Source of the DNA: Octopus vulgaris
Taxonomy: Eukaryota
Assembly (NCBI GenBank): GCA_951406725.2
Contig: OX597833.1
Location: 71,052,001-71,116,000, forward strand
Direction of reading: 5' to 3'
Length of the DNA: 64,000 nt
The notes under the pieces were generated by a model that saw only the letters and a list, made by a program, of their open reading frames with translations, searched no databases and was not told the origin of the DNA. The position numbers and the translations under genes are program-made. This document shows positions 41,591 through 55,628 of this stretch, piece after piece; position 1 is the first letter of the stretch; each line of letters opens with the position of its first letter.

Positions 41591-44499
41591 ACTGAGCGTG
41601 CAAATGTGTTATACAAGAGGAGGCATTCCTTGAGACAGCATACCAAAGGGCATGCATTCACTCGAATAATAAAAACACATGTGGAAAGGCCACGAAGTTG
41701 CAAGAGAGAGAGAGAGTGTGTGTGTGTGAAAGGGGACTGAGGCGAAGGGGCTGTCTGTTAGAACTATCTGCGTCCTAGAAAAAGGCCACCTTAAAAGACA
41801 CAGAAAATGATTATTGAGGTTTGCCAATGGTCCCCTGGATGAAGAAACATCGTTTGTAGAAGATATGACAAAGAGAAAGCTTCACTTTGAGGACCTGCCC
41901 CAATCATTCAAACGATACAAATTCTTCTGAGAAGCACTTTAACCCTGTAATGTTCAGATTACTCTGTTAAATGTAATGCTATTTTCACTCAAATTGATTT
42001 GAATGAATCATGCATTATCTCATAGCTTTGAGGTTTCAATGATGTGATTGTTTATTTTTAGAATGACATTGTAGGTTAGGTGTGAGAGGCTAGATATGGC
42101 TAGTTCAAATATAAAACATGTAGAATATTTGGGCCAGAAATGGCCGGTTTAAACACTAAAGGGCTAAGGGGGAGATGAACCTATAAATGTTAGTTCTGCT
42201 AGTAATGGAATCCAATAACATGGTAAGGGGGAAAATAATCCTTAGTAAACTATTGATGAACATCAAAAGGTTAAGGCTAATTGCAATTAGGTTGCCATGC
42301 ACTTTGCCAATGTTGCACTCTGAAAATTTTGTTTTTGGGAGTGAAATTCCTGCATTGTCACAGGAGGCCTTGGGGGTTTTTTCAAACTGTAAAAAGTCAA
42401 TTCGAAGTTATGAATGTTTGCTGTGAAAAGTTCAATGTGCCATCATTTAAAAACAAACAGAAAACCATTTTGCTAACCGGGATGAATTAAAGGCACACAA
42501 AACGAGTGACCTTGGCGTCCACTCATCTCCAGAGTTTTAAGTATTGACGTAAACAGAATCCGATTAGGAAAGAAACCTAGTTTAATGTAATAAAATTTTG
42601 TAAACTCCATTCTACCATACTGCATGCAGTAAATTAATCGAAGGATTGTAACCCCTGTGTAGCTTTTTAAACCCTACCTCTTAAAAAATTCCATTCCAGT
42701 GTCTCCCACCAAAGTGCAACAACTCCTTGTCTGGCAGCCAAGAACCGCAGAATTTAATGTGACACGATCGAAGAAACCCAGTGGGTTTTAAGGACAGCTA
42801 AACTCCAAGAGACCCATCTCCGTTTAGGGAAAGAATGAGTTGTCAATCAAAATGCTAGCAACATCAAGTGTTTACGAAGATATAACCTAAACAATCCCCT
42901 CCACCCACAATGAGTAATATACATGTCGAACGCATTAATAATTCCACGTCACCCACGAAGAACAAGGTCCGCAAATCGTATGAAATTGCAGACGAAAAGC
43001 AAGACAGGTTTAGAATCCGAACACACCTTATGATGAATAGTGTTGCGAAGACTGAGAGGCAATGGATTGGATGAAGAATAAAAACGACGCAGATGACAGA
43101 GTAACCAGCATTGGGCATTAAATATGTCCAACAAGATGAATAAAAGTATCAAAGAATCACAATTGACTGCCCATCCTTACCAAATTCGTTTCATATCCTT
43201 CAGAGTCATAAGCTATTTGCTCTAGACTTAAATAAAACAATTTATAGCGGAGTTACATTCAATATTACCGGCAGATCCTATTTATAAATTTTGCCCCGTC
43301 CTATAATGGTCCTTTAAACCGCGATTTGTCTATAACACGAACCCTTTCTGTGGAAAAAACCTAACCAGTCACCATGTCAACAGGGGACAGTTTGTCATTA
43401 ACATGCAAGGGATATTACAGGTCGTATATCCTATTAAACTAAGACATATATACATGAACAAAGATGGAAAAAAACAAACAATATTTCCTCCGAGCTAGGC
43501 AGACGACCGCCACCTCAGACAGGAGACGAAGCAAATTCGAACGCATTTGGACAAGACAACGCCATCGGTAATTCAAAACATTTACTCTGTGAATGTCTGT
43601 GTAGAGACGGATGGAGGGAGGTCGGGGGAGATTAGAAGCAACTGGAAATATTTAGAGGAATTCTTTCGGACAATCCATCTCTGTAATAAAGCATTATTTG
43701 TTAAAATCAAAACTGCTACGTAGATCAATCTGTACACTAAGATATGGTAGTAGTCTTGTATGACTTATGTCCAAGTCACAAAGATTATGTGACTAATTCT
43801 GTTGGGGCCTAAGATGACCAGAAAAAAAGTGAACAATGAAAAGAAACACATTCCACGAATTAACCCTTTTGGCAATTAAAATGTAATTAATTATATTCAC
43901 CGGGGATAATTTTCCAAAAAAAATCAAATCATAGTGATTATCACAATGTATATATATACACGCCTCTGAACTTTTTAAGAATCTTTTAGACAACATGTTG
44001 CTAGGACATCACGCGTGGGACCAAACACCACCAGTGTCTGTCCACGGATGTTCCACTAAGAATATACCCGAAACAAACTTTTGAGGGCTTCAGTAAGATA
44101 AATTATAGCGAGACTCAGTTATTAAATCAGAAGCAAACCCTGTAAATTTAAGGAATTATAGGAAACATTAAGAAAAGCAAAACCGTCATATTGAAAGTGT
44201 AAGGGGGTAGAAGAAAAGCCACGTGGAGAGGTTGGCTGTCTGACAGAACGGTAGAAGATTATCGTGACAGATATTTCATTAAGAATTGAAGAAAAAAGCT
44301 TTGCTTGTTATATTTAAGCCACATTAACATACACGGGCCAGAATAATTTTATCCATTTTGCAGGTAAGTTCCAACAAAATAACACCACCCTTCCTCAACC
44401 TATAAACGATGCCGGTACCTAACTATATATTAAAAACCGGTCTCTATTAAATAAAAAAAACTGTGACAAGTAAGCTTAATTTAAAGAAAATAATTGGAA

Positions 44500-44920
44500 A
44501 TTCGTTGGTTGCTCGTCTAAATAAGTAATAAATGCTGCCATATGTTCCGGAACATACGGCCATCTTTGGAGGCATTGATGCCAAGAAAGAGTGGAAGCAG
44601 CAAAAGAGACACCGACAGAGGCTTGGGACTCGGCCACAGCCACAACGAATATGGATAAGGAATCATTCGGGTAGAAATTAATAAATCCATACAAAAGTTA
44701 AGGCGGCGAACGAAGAGAATGCGAGAAACGAGCGAATAATAACAGTCGTCTGGTTTTTCTCTCTGTCGTCTCTCTAAACGCGCCACCATTGATTAATGCA
44801 GCACTGTTGCACTGACCAGATATGGGAAGAGAGATTCCGGCAACGCACGAGCGCGCGACTCGGCTGTTTCCGTTACGAATCGCTCGCCACTCGACGAGAA
44901 ACGGAGCGGTCGATATACAA
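44500..44920. promoter_or_regulatory. CpG-rich promoter-like segment
   Basis: Local CpG enrichment (gcgcgcg, cgctcgcc, aaacgcgcc) and a minus-strand YY1-like aagatggccg. No ORF of note. Confidence 0.35.
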
Positions 44921-46857
44921 CGAAATATAAAAAAATAAATAATAAATAAAAAAAAATTTAAAAAAAGAGGGAAAAGAAAAGAGGAAAGCGAATGGAGAAG
45001 AAGAGAAGGAAAAAGAAAAAGGAGACTTCATTCACACATTTTAAATGAGTGGAGATATTTAAAGCTAAGAGAAAAATGTATAGAAGAACCCTCCAGACTA
45101 AAATTCGATTCAGTCAGCAGCGACTGAGTTCGGTGCAGAGGCCGGGGGGGGAATAATTAGTGGTGGATTTTTAATTATATAAAAATCCCATGTCTCTCTG
45201 TCTTTCCTCTCTGCCACAACGAATTTTTAAAGAGAAACCCGAATATCCATTCATTTATGGAGAGAAATAGAAGAGACAGAGCAAGATATAATGTGTGAGA
45301 GAGAAAGGCCGACGACGTGTCATAGGGAGGGAAAGATAAAGAAGAAGAAAGTAGGTCAGATACTGGGTGATGAAAATGGCTTTTTCAATTAAATCTCTTC
45401 ACATGCGGCTTTTTGCAGAGGCTCCCACGAACGGAGAGAGAGGGAAACGATGATGTCATTTAAAGTGGACAAAGCGGGATGAGAAAACGGCTTTCAACAG
45501 CAAAAAATCGCTTTAAAATAGTCAGAGAAAAGAGAGAGAAAATATGAAGATTAACGATTTCCCCGCCCAACGCCATATCTGAAAAATGTAACGAAGATTT
45601 CGAACAAGATGAAGAGAGAGCGTTGCCGAGGGAAGAAAATAAGCTTTAATTTATAATAGTCTGGTGGCCGAGGGTTCTACTAGGCTTTGTTAATTAATAA
45701 AATGAAGCATCCACGGCAAGGAAACCGCTCTGATCTGTGTAGAAAATGTATAAAGTATTTAGTGTTTCTTATGCAAGAAGAGAAATGGTCGCCCGACGGA
45801 AATCGAGACCGGACGATTTTAGATTAGAGGAGAAGAGAAAAAGACCCCACACAGGCCAGGGAAAGAGGATTCTTTTGGTAGAAGAGAGATTCCATTATTA
45901 ATTAAATACATCAGAACTATAAAACATTGAATCAATGACTAATAATACAGAAGGAAAAAAATGAGGTTTGAGGGTTTTAAGGTGAAAGACTGGAAATATT
46001 AAACCTGGGTAAAATGAATGGGAGTATGAAAAAAATTACAAAAAAGAGAGATAGATCGACTTAATGAGTCGTTAATTAATAGTTTCTAGGTGTTTCTTCA
46101 GGTAGATTTAGGCTGAGGGGAGAGAGAGATAGACAGAAAGGTGGCCGGCCCTGCTTGTTAAGTATTGTACCATGTTGGAAAGCGAACCACGAGGTCCACA
46201 AAATGTAAGAGGAATCGCTTTGAGAAAAGGGAGAGAGAAAAGGGAATAATAAAAGGAGGCAGAACACAATGGGTGAAAAAGGGTATTATTATGGCCAGTA
46301 AAAAGGATATGGGATGAATAAAATTTAGCTGCGATGACGAGAGAATAGATTATTGTAATGAAATCAAGAGAAAAATGAATAAAATAGGGGGGGATTGAGC
46401 AAGAAACCTTCGCTCCCCCCCAGTCATTTCTGAAATGGTTTACTCAGGGGTCCATCTCAAAGTTTTCCACTTTCCTTACAAAATATCTCAACTAAATCTA
46501 AAAGAATGTAATGTATATATATATAATTGTGTGTCTGTGTGTGTGAGTGAGTGTACATATATAATATAATAAATACTATATATAATTATTATACATGAAG
46601 CATTTTAAGCAACTGCTATGGTAAGGGTGTTGAATAAAATGTTACCAAGGCCAGGCTCTACTGTTAAAGCAGCTGGAAAATATAACCATCATCATCAGGG
46701 AAGAAAGAAGAGAGAGACCAAGTGGAATAGAAAAAATGTAATTAATTAATAATAATAATTGAGAAAAAAAAAGGATAAAAATGAAAATCACGTGTTATGT
46801 TCAATTCTTTTTTAATATAACTCAAATGTTTGGCCCTTAGGAGAAAATACAAACCAC

Positions 46858-46863
46858 TTTATT
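46858..46863 (-). terminator. Candidate polyadenylation signal for eIF5A (3'UTR ~1.5 kb)
   Basis: Minus strand ...ataaatAATAAAgtggtttgtattttc followed by U-rich downstream sequence. Confidence 0.45.
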
Positions 46864-48354
46864 ATTTATAAGAGGAAGGAAGGAGGAAAAAAAAATACAA
46901 AAGAGAGAATGTTACATATATATATATCATATATAACATATATATATCTATATATACACATATATATATCTATATATATACACATATATATATATGTGTT
47001 GTGTTAAAGCATGCATAAATGTTCAAGCAGGTCAACCAAAACACTCCAAGGAAGTCTTTGAGACCACATTTTTGGAGTTTTTCTTTAAAAAAGCCATTTA
47101 GCCTTGTTAAGTTAAAGTTCCCACCTTTACTTATTATGAACAGCCTATATTTCTTTTTTATACAAATTAAGAAATATGAAGATGGATATATTCTTTTGTT
47201 ATGTGATAATATATCAATAATTAATTAAAAGGAGGTGTTTTCTGGTTTTTTTTTTTCTTTCTTTCTGTGTGTGTAAATCTATAGTTAGTAGTAGTAGTAG
47301 TAGTTAAGTAGTACTAGTAGGTAGTAGTAGTAGTAATGTTGGTTAGCCTTTTTACGACTGATTCGTTATCAAATCTGAGCTTTTTGTCTAGAAATGAGGT
47401 GATCAGTCAAATAATATTTAAAAAAAGGAAGGAAAAAAGGGAAAAAAATTTGGTCTATTACAGAACTGATACCCCATAATTAAAGACTAAAGCGTACAAG
47501 AGAGATTCATAACAATTTCCAGTTGTAACAAACGGAACATACCAAGAAATCCGTGGATTTTTCTGCACTTTTTCTTTCAATTTATGTTGAAGTATTTTGA
47601 AGAAGGAGAGAGAAAAAAAAAAAAATCATTTTTTTTCTTTTTTTTTCCAAAAAAATCATTTTTTTTTCTTCCCATCGTCGTCGTCGGATCGTGAAATATT
47701 CTTCAGTTTTCATTTTTTTTGTGTGTCTTTCTTCTCTCTCTCATAAATGAATGGCAATTTTGGAAGAAGAAGAAGAAGGAGGCAACTTTCAGAGTTTTGG
47801 AAAAAAAAAAAAAAAAAAAAAAACAGGTGAGGGCGATGAAGATTTTTTTTTTTGAAATCCTTGACTTGTTGAGGGTTTTTCCATCAACTCACATCGCTTT
47901 TATCCCCTTTTTTCTTTTGTGAGTGTCTCCATTTACTTTGCGCCGTTCCCTGCTTGATTCATTTGCTTTTTTTTTTTTCTTTTTTTTTTTTTAACTTGTG
48001 TGTTTTTTTCCTTCTTTAAAAATAAATATCTTTGGCTCAATTTAAGATTGTTAAGATTTTAATTAAACTACGGCTGAGTGAGTGAATGTGTGTGCGAGCG
48101 TGCGCGCATATATTCAAGAGATTTAGAGTAGAGAGAGAAAAATAAGAGACAGATAATTAGAAAGAGAACCTGCCAATAAGTCTATTAGCTGCTATCATTT
48201 ACAGTATTATATTGAGAAAATAAAGATTGTCCTTTAACTGTTGACGAGGAGAGATTAATTATTGTGTGTTGGTGTTTAATTGCTTCAGTTTATAGTGTAA
48301 AAGTGACCATAGCTTGCATAGGTTCAGTTTTTTTCCTCTTGGCTCATTAATCCA

Positions 48355-48825
48355 TTATTTATTATTATCCAATTTATAACTTACTACTTGTTCTTCACCC
48401 ATAGCTGATAACACAGTAAGAACAAGGGCCTGATCGCTTTTGTGCTTATCGCTTATTTCTTTGCCGATGTCAGTAGTTGGTAGGTTTAAATCGTCTTTAA
48501 TTGCTCCGTCATCTTCCAACAGGGTCAAGTAGTTATTCGCGTCGATATCAATCAAAAGGTAGTCCTTTCGCTTCACGTTGGGCACCTCCATATTGTGAGT
48601 GGAGGGACAAATATCTTCGTACTTTTTGCCGCTGAACAGGTCCAGGCCAACGAGATGAACCTTAGCGTGACCATGTTTGCCGGTTTTCGACGTGGACATA
48701 TCTACGATTTTACACGGTCTGCCTTTCAGAAGAACGTAGCCATTCTTGCGTAAGCTGGAACATTGTTGCGGATAGGTCTGCGATGCTCCTGCATCTCCTG
48801 TATCGAAATTCTCTTCAGAAGCCAT
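48355..48825 (-). CDS. EIF5A: Eukaryotic translation initiation factor 5A, intronless CDS, 156 aa
   Basis: Translation MASEENFDTGDAGASQTYPQQCSSLRKNGYVLLKGRPCKIVDMSTSKTGKHGHAKVHLVG...EDICPSTHNM...TVLSAMGEE contains the invariant hypusination motif STSKTGKHGHAK. ATG at 48825 (context ttgtcATGg), stop TAA at 48355-48357, no frameshifts. Confidence 0.97.
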   Translation of the reverse strand: MASEENFDTGDAGASQTYPQQCSSLRKNGYVLLKGRPCKIVDMSTSKTGKHGHAKVHLVGLDLFSGKKYEDICPSTHNMEVPNVKRKDYLLIDIDANNYLTLLEDDGAIKDDLNLPTTDIGKEISDKHKSDQALVLTVLSAMGEEQVVSYKLDNNK

Positions 48826-49004
48826 GACAAAATAAAAATCGGTGATGTTATTTTCGAGTTCTTGAGTTGTTATTATAAGTTGTTGTTTTTTTTCTGTTGT
48901 TGAGCGCGATTCCTCGAGGAAGACGAGGTTTGCAGTCCAGCAGATGTGAATGAGAATGGAACTATATACACAGTCGTTCACCTGCTCTTCCACGAGAGCA
49001 ACTT

Positions 49005-49015
49005 GAAAAGAAGAG
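49005..49015 (-). promoter_or_regulatory. TCT/5'TOP-like polypyrimidine initiator, candidate eIF5A transcription start
   Basis: Minus strand reads tag-CTCTTCTTTTC-aag about 190 nt upstream of the ATG. TCT initiators are typical of translation-machinery genes. Confidence 0.5.
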
Positions 49016-52000
49016 CTAGGCAAGGGACATAACTACTAAAATGCCGCTTGACACCGCAAACAATTATAGCCTCCACAAAAATAACATTTCCATTAATAAT
49101 CACCAAAAATATATTCAGCGACGCATTAAAAAAACTACAATCACATTCACTAATTTTTTAAAATGCTAAAACATCAGATACAAAATATAAATTCTTCGTT
49201 AATGCTAATACAAATTAATATTTTTATTTTCAGCGATTTGAGCGATCGCATCGAATGTACCCTGACTATGAAATAGTTAAAAATAGAAATATTCTCTATT
49301 TTATTATAATTTTATTTTTTAATATAAACTTCAGAAATTGAAGTTATATTTAAATAGTTTCCTAAAATATTAGTCGATAATAAATAATATTTTAGTAGTT
49401 TTCAAATCGTATTCATATATTAATTTATTTCACAAGAATAGTTCTGCACATAGAGTTGAGTCATTTCAAAAACCACCCTGGAACACGTGAATCTGAAATA
49501 CGTATATACAAGTTATACAGAACTAAATAATAATACTTATAATAATAAATTATCAAAATGGAAATATGATATCGTAATATATTTTTATATTGCACATTCA
49601 ATATTAAATTGATATTTTAATTTTGCTAATAAATTAAATTAGTCCGAAAGAATATATTTAAGATGAAAACTCCCACACTTTGAAAGGACGAACTGAATCC
49701 CCGAAACTCACTTTCAATAAATGACTGCATAATGTTTATAGGGAACAATTCCAAATCATTCCAATTAGAGTTTAAACATAATACTAAACACGATATCACT
49801 TCAGTATTTTTTTTGCCCTTCAATTGCAGAAAATTAATTTTCGTAGATCGTCAGTTCCATTCCGGATTTTGTATGAATTCAATCAAAAAATAAAACGTTT
49901 CCTCTCCAAATTGTTGAAGTAATCCAAGAAAATTTCTTCACATGGTCATCCTGAAAGTCAATTGTTGATTGCTTTTGTTCTTTCTTTCCCGTTTTTTTTT
50001 TTAACTGATGACAGTAATTCATTTAAATTGTATCGTAAAGTTTTTAAAAATTATTTTTTAAATACGCGAAACATTTTTTTGTCCCAGAACTGAGTCCAGA
50101 AATTTTAAAATGGTTAATTTATTGAGACTAACAAAATTTCGGTGCCAGATTTATGTCGGTAACTCACTCCCTCAGTCTCCTAAGAAATACAAATATATAT
50201 ATATATATACGTCTACATGTGTGTGTGTGTATATATATATATATACGTCTACATGTGTGTGTATATATATATATACGTCCACATGTGTGTATACATATAT
50301 ATATATATAATACACATGTGGACGTATGTAAGGTTTTTGTATATGCCTGTATATAATATAATGTTTATATATATATATATGTGTGTGTGTATTATATGAA
50401 TGGAATTGTATGCCGTGCTCATGTGCACTATACGAAGCTGGGGTATACTCGGTCGCTACTCCGAGTTTATCCTTCAATACGATTGATTCTATAGTTCACA
50501 GTGAAATTGAAATAGAGCGAATTGAGTGAGAAACTGAATGGTAACAGAGGAAATGTCTAACTATTTACAAATATATACTCTACAACATGTAACGAGTACT
50601 CTTTTGAATAAAAGAAAAAGCGTTTGTAATATATATATATACATATATACACTCACACAAATATATGTGTGTGTGTGTGAATAGTAATCTTGTCGAATAC
50701 GTTCGTAATTAGAGGGTCCTTGACCTTCAGTACAAAACATTAGCGACCTAATTGAGTCAAGGTTAATAATTAAGCACATTCTTTTACTTGTTTCATGACT
50801 GCGGCCATGCTGGAGCACCGCCTTTAGTCGAACAAATTCAACCCCCGGGACTTATTCTTTTGTAAGCCTAGCACTTATTCTATCAGTCACTTTTTGCAGA
50901 ACCGCCAAGCTACGGGGACGTAAACACACCAACATCGGTTGTCAAGCGATAGTGGGTGGGGACACACGACCTGCTTCTTTCAGTTTCCTTCTACCAAATC
51001 CACTCACATGGCTTTGTTCAGTCAGAGGCTGTAGCAGAAGACACTTGCCCAAGGTGCCACGCAGTGGGACTGAACCCAGAACCATGTGGTTGGGAAGCAA
51101 GCTACTTTCCACACACTAACTCCTCTGCTTATATATATATCTTTTTTTAAAAAAACTCAGCAACAGATCATGCTCTAAAAAATTTATGTATATTTATCTG
51201 TTAGTGTATATTCATGCTGGTGTGTTTACATCCCCGTCACTTAACTGTTCGGCAAAAGAGACCGATACAATAAGTACTGGGCTTGCAAAGAATAAGTCCT
51301 GGGGTCGATTTGCTCGACTAAAGGCGGGGCTCCAGCATGGCCGCAGTCAAATGACTGAAACGAGTAAAAGAGAGAGTAGTGTTGCCATGACAATGGTTAG
51401 GGTCAGGGTTAGGGTTGTCATATCTTGCAGCAAATTGTGCAGTTCTCAATGGAAAATCTGTTGTGAATGTATTCGTCAAGGTTATCAATATATTCGTATA
51501 AAGTCAATGCTTCACTTCTTTGGTACTCAGAGTTTCCCCATAACCCGCTCATTCAGGGTTTAGGAAACCCCAACAGACATATTACTGGCAAACCACAGAA
51601 GATAGGAAGGGAATCTTCCATTTTGTAACAATAAATGAAACTTACTGCCTCTGACTTTCTCATTTGAATATTCAAACTTGTGTCATCGTTATCTAACATC
51701 TGTTTTCTGTGGCCGGCATGGGTCAAACGGCTTGATTGGCACTGGTCAGGCCAGAGAGCTGCAGCAGACTCCAGTCGTCTGCTTTGGCTTGATTTCTTAC
51801 AGCTGGATGCCTTTCCTAGTGCTGACCACTTTAAACAGTGTGCCAGTGGAGCACTAAGAGTACCATATGAGTGAGATCGTTGCCAGAGCGACAAGCTGGC
51901 CTCCGTGCCGATGGCACGTTAAAAACACCATTCGAGCGTGATCGTTACCTGCGTTGCCTTACTGGCACTTGTGCTGGTGGCATGTGAAAAAACATTTGAG

Positions 52001-53782
52001 CGAGTTCATTGTCGTTGCCAGTGCCGCTAGACTGGCTTCTGTGCAGGTGGCACATAAAAAGCACCATTTGAGTGTGGCCGTTGCCAGTACCACCAAACTG
52101 GCCCTGTGCTGGTGGCACGTAAAAGCACCCACTACACTCTTGGAGTGGTTGGTGTTAGGAAGGGCATCCAGCTGTAGAAACTCTGCTAGATCAAGATTGA
52201 AGCCTGGTGCAGCCATCTGCTTCACCAGCCCTCAGTCAAAATCGTCCAACCCATGCTAGCATGGAAAGCAGACGTTAAACGATGATGATGATATATATAT
52301 CCCTCTCTCTCTTTCGGAGAGGCACTGAGCAGCTATATGCACACATACACACACGGCAGTAACTTCCACCTATCGAATTCAATCACAAAGCTCCGGTCGG
52401 CTCGGGGCTATAGTGGAAGACACCTACCCAAAGTGCCACGCAGTGGGACTGAACCCGAAACCATGTAGCTAGGAAGCAAGCTCCCTAACCACATATATAT
52501 ATATATATAAACAGATATGCCTCACATGACCATACTAGTTCTGTCTTCTCTCTTGCACACAATATCTGATGCCTCTTATACCTAATCATTTCTCTTAAAA
52601 CATACTCTGTCACACATGCACAGGGACATTGCACATCCAGTAGAGCATGCTGGCTTCATTTCTTTTAAGCCTTCACATGTCGGTGGCATGTGTAAAAAGA
52701 TTTGAGTGAGGTGGTTGCCAGTACCGCCTGACTGGCCCCATGCTGATGGCACGTAAAAAGCACCCACGACACTCTTGGAGTGGTTAGTGTTAGGAAGGGC
52801 ATCCAGCTGTAGAAACTCTGCCAGATCAAGATTGGAGCCTGGTGCAGCCATCTGGTTCGCCAGACCTCAGTCAAAATCGTCCAACCCATGCTAGCATGGA
52901 AAGTGGACGTTAAACGATGATGGTGTTGGTGTCCTCTGCAGTCACAGCCCACATTTCACTGCCGTTTGGCTGTTTGTACACAGACTCCATACAATCTGCC
53001 TTTCACTCTGAGAGAGAGAGGCTCTTTCTAACCAACAAAAGTAGAAACTCTCTGAACTTTGCCCATTCTTATTCCTGCAGTTACACTCTTAGAACATCCT
53101 CCCCCTACACTGCTGACTTGGTCACCTAGGTAACAGAAACTATGTACTGTTACTACGTATCTCCCTCGGCATTTGATGAAGTCTATTTTCTATGCATTCC
53201 TAGTGTTTATTGCACCTCAACATCTCAAGATGGAAGGCCAGCTGCTATAGCTTTGGCTGCTTTCAGTGACTTTATTTTGTTTTTTACCTTCTTTTGGATG
53301 AAATGGGTTCTTTATTAGAAAGGCTTTCATCGAAAGATGAGGGTCCTCTGATCTCTTACTCTTGTTTTAATCACAATATAATGTCATGTTCATCCACCCA
53401 ATCTCTGTGACAATAGTGAACCCAAAAACCAGCTGGTGTTTTCTCTCTCCCTTTGCTAATATTTTGCTCTTAAAGTATCATCATCATTTACCGTCCGCTT
53501 TCCATGCTAGCATGGATTGGACGATTTGACTGAGGTCTGGCGAACCAGATGGCTGCACCAGACTCCAATGCCTTAAAATTTGTCCCATTTGATTTACTTT
53601 AAATTGAAGTTCAGTTTCTTATCAAAAACATTTGGTTTTTTTTTTTTTTCATTCAGGCCTGGATGTTTGTCTTCACAGCGAAAGAAAAACAGCTGGAAGA
53701 AATAAGAAAAAGCAAAGCACCCTCTGGGTTTGAGGTGAGGAGAAGAGGAAGTGTGTAGGGGAGTGGATGGAGGGTGGGTAGG

Positions 53783-54158
53783 GGAGTGGCTGTGTGGTAA
53801 GTAGCTTGCTAACCAACCACATGGTTCCGGGTTCAGTCCCACTGCATGGCATCTTGGGCAAGTGTCTTCTGCTATAGCCCCGGGCCGACCAAAGCCTTGT
53901 GAGTGGATTTGGTAGATGGAAACTGAAAGAAGCCTGTCGTATATATATATATATGTTTGTGTTTGTCCCCCTAGCATCACTTGACAACCGATGCTGGTGT
54001 GTTTACGTCCCCGTCACTTAGCGGTTCGGAAAAAGAGACCGATAGAATAAGTACTGGGCTTACAAAGAATAAGTCCCGGGGCTCGATTTGCTCGACTAAA
54101 GGCGGTGCTCCAGCATGGCCGCAGTCAAATGACTGAAACAAGTAAAAGAGTAAAGAGT
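53783..54158 (+). mobile_element. SINE family A
   Basis: Homology to 4493-4890. Confidence 0.88.
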
Positions 54159-55407
54159 GAGTGAATATTATGAACAAAAGTTGAGGAATGATAAGGAGAT
54201 AGGGGAGAGTGGGTGACAACTGTAGAAATTAGGGGTAAGGTTGAGGGGTGACCGACGAAGCATGAGTTAGGGAATGTCAGGGAGTGGAGATGATTGACAG
54301 TGCAGAAAAGAGGGTGGTGGGAAAGACTAGTAGAATAATGATAAAGAGCACTCAGAGAGCACAGACCTCCGCCAAGGCAACACCAACATCCTCTCGACAA
54401 TTAGATGAAGATGATTTTTAAAATGAGAATATCTGAGATAAACTCAATTGCTCTCACGAACATGAATACTAAAAATGAACCTGACCACTCTCAAAGATTA
54501 AGTAAAATATCCGGAAAAATAATCGTCCAGTACTAGATTGACCCCAAAATCTAATCAGTTTGTGCCAGTCACAAGGCCAAACATCCCTGAAAGTTTCATC
54601 TGAATCCATCCCGCAGTTCTTAAGATATCTTGTCCACAAATACAACTGAAAACAATACCTCCACCTTTGCTAAGGCAGAGGTTATAATCCTTTCTACTAT
54701 AGGTACGAGGTCTACAAATTTGAGGGGAGGGGTAAGTTGACTACATCGATCCCAGTGTGCAACTGCCACTTATTTTGTCAACTCTAAAAGTATAAAAGCC
54801 AAGCCAGTCTTGGAGGAAATTGATTTTGGAACATCAAGATGGACAAAATTCCACTGAACAGTTTGTCCTACATGCTAACAGTTCTGCCAGAAGAGAGAGA
54901 GAGAGGAATAAAGAAATGAAGGGAGATATGTAGTTAGATAGGTTGAAAGAGTGTAACCACATGTAATGAATGAAGGAGGGGAGATGGACAATGATGGGTA
55001 ATCACTGTAAAATGTGAGTGGAGATGGACAATGATGGGTAATCACTGTAAAATGTGAGTGGAGAGGACTATTAAGAATGAAAGATGGATAAAGCGAAATG
55101 GTTCTGGTTAATAAGAGGGATAGGAGTGCGGGTAAGTGGTATCAAGGAAGCATACAGTTCTGTTCGCATTTAATTACAGCAGCAACAGAATAGTGCAGTT
55201 AGAGAGATGATAAGTGGTGGGAATGTCTTCAGGAGGAAAGAAGCCCATTATATATATATACACGCACATACATACTCTCTTATACACACACACACGCACC
55301 TTTGTGTTGGGGGCACCTTCGTTTTGGAAGTCACTTGACCCTGTTATTTCCCCTGCTGTCCCTCTAGCGTCTGACCTCTGCCCGAAGTCAGAACGGCATG
55401 ATAGATC

Positions 55408-55590
55408 GTTAGCTCCTACACGCATTTTTTTTCTCTCCTTGTTTCTTTTCTGTGTATCTTTCTGTCGAAGAGCATAGGCTCGAAACGTAAAAGACTTTTT
55501 CTATTTCTATTCCTGAGCGCCATACTAATACATTTGTTTGTTTGTACTCCACCTGCCTTCGTCTTTTATTTATTTTCGTAAACCTTCCCG

Positions 55591-55592
<2 letters not shown>
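55408..55592 (+). mobile_element. Short (TA)n-associated element with degenerate hammerhead-like motif (copy 1)
   Basis: TCTTT-CTGTCGAA-GAGC atag GCTC-GAAA-CGTA-AAAGA, then a ~100 nt U-rich tail ending at (TA)n. An inverted homolog lies at 59205-59382. Confidence 0.6.

Positions 55593-55628
<36 letters not shown>

Noticed and set aside
44795-44822. IRE-like CAGUGC loop on the minus strand
   Set aside because: The upper stem has a G-A mismatch, the bulged C is missing, and there is no lower stem.
48826-49023. 66 aa N-terminal extension of eIF5A in the ORF track
   Set aside because: It starts at a TTG upstream of the probable TSS, is low-complexity, and homology begins at the ATG at 48825.
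51395-51416. ggttagggtcagggttagggtt telomere-like repeat
   Set aside because: Only about three degenerate units.
54980-55063. 40 bp perfect tandem duplication
   Set aside because: Ordinary slippage duplication with no other signal.
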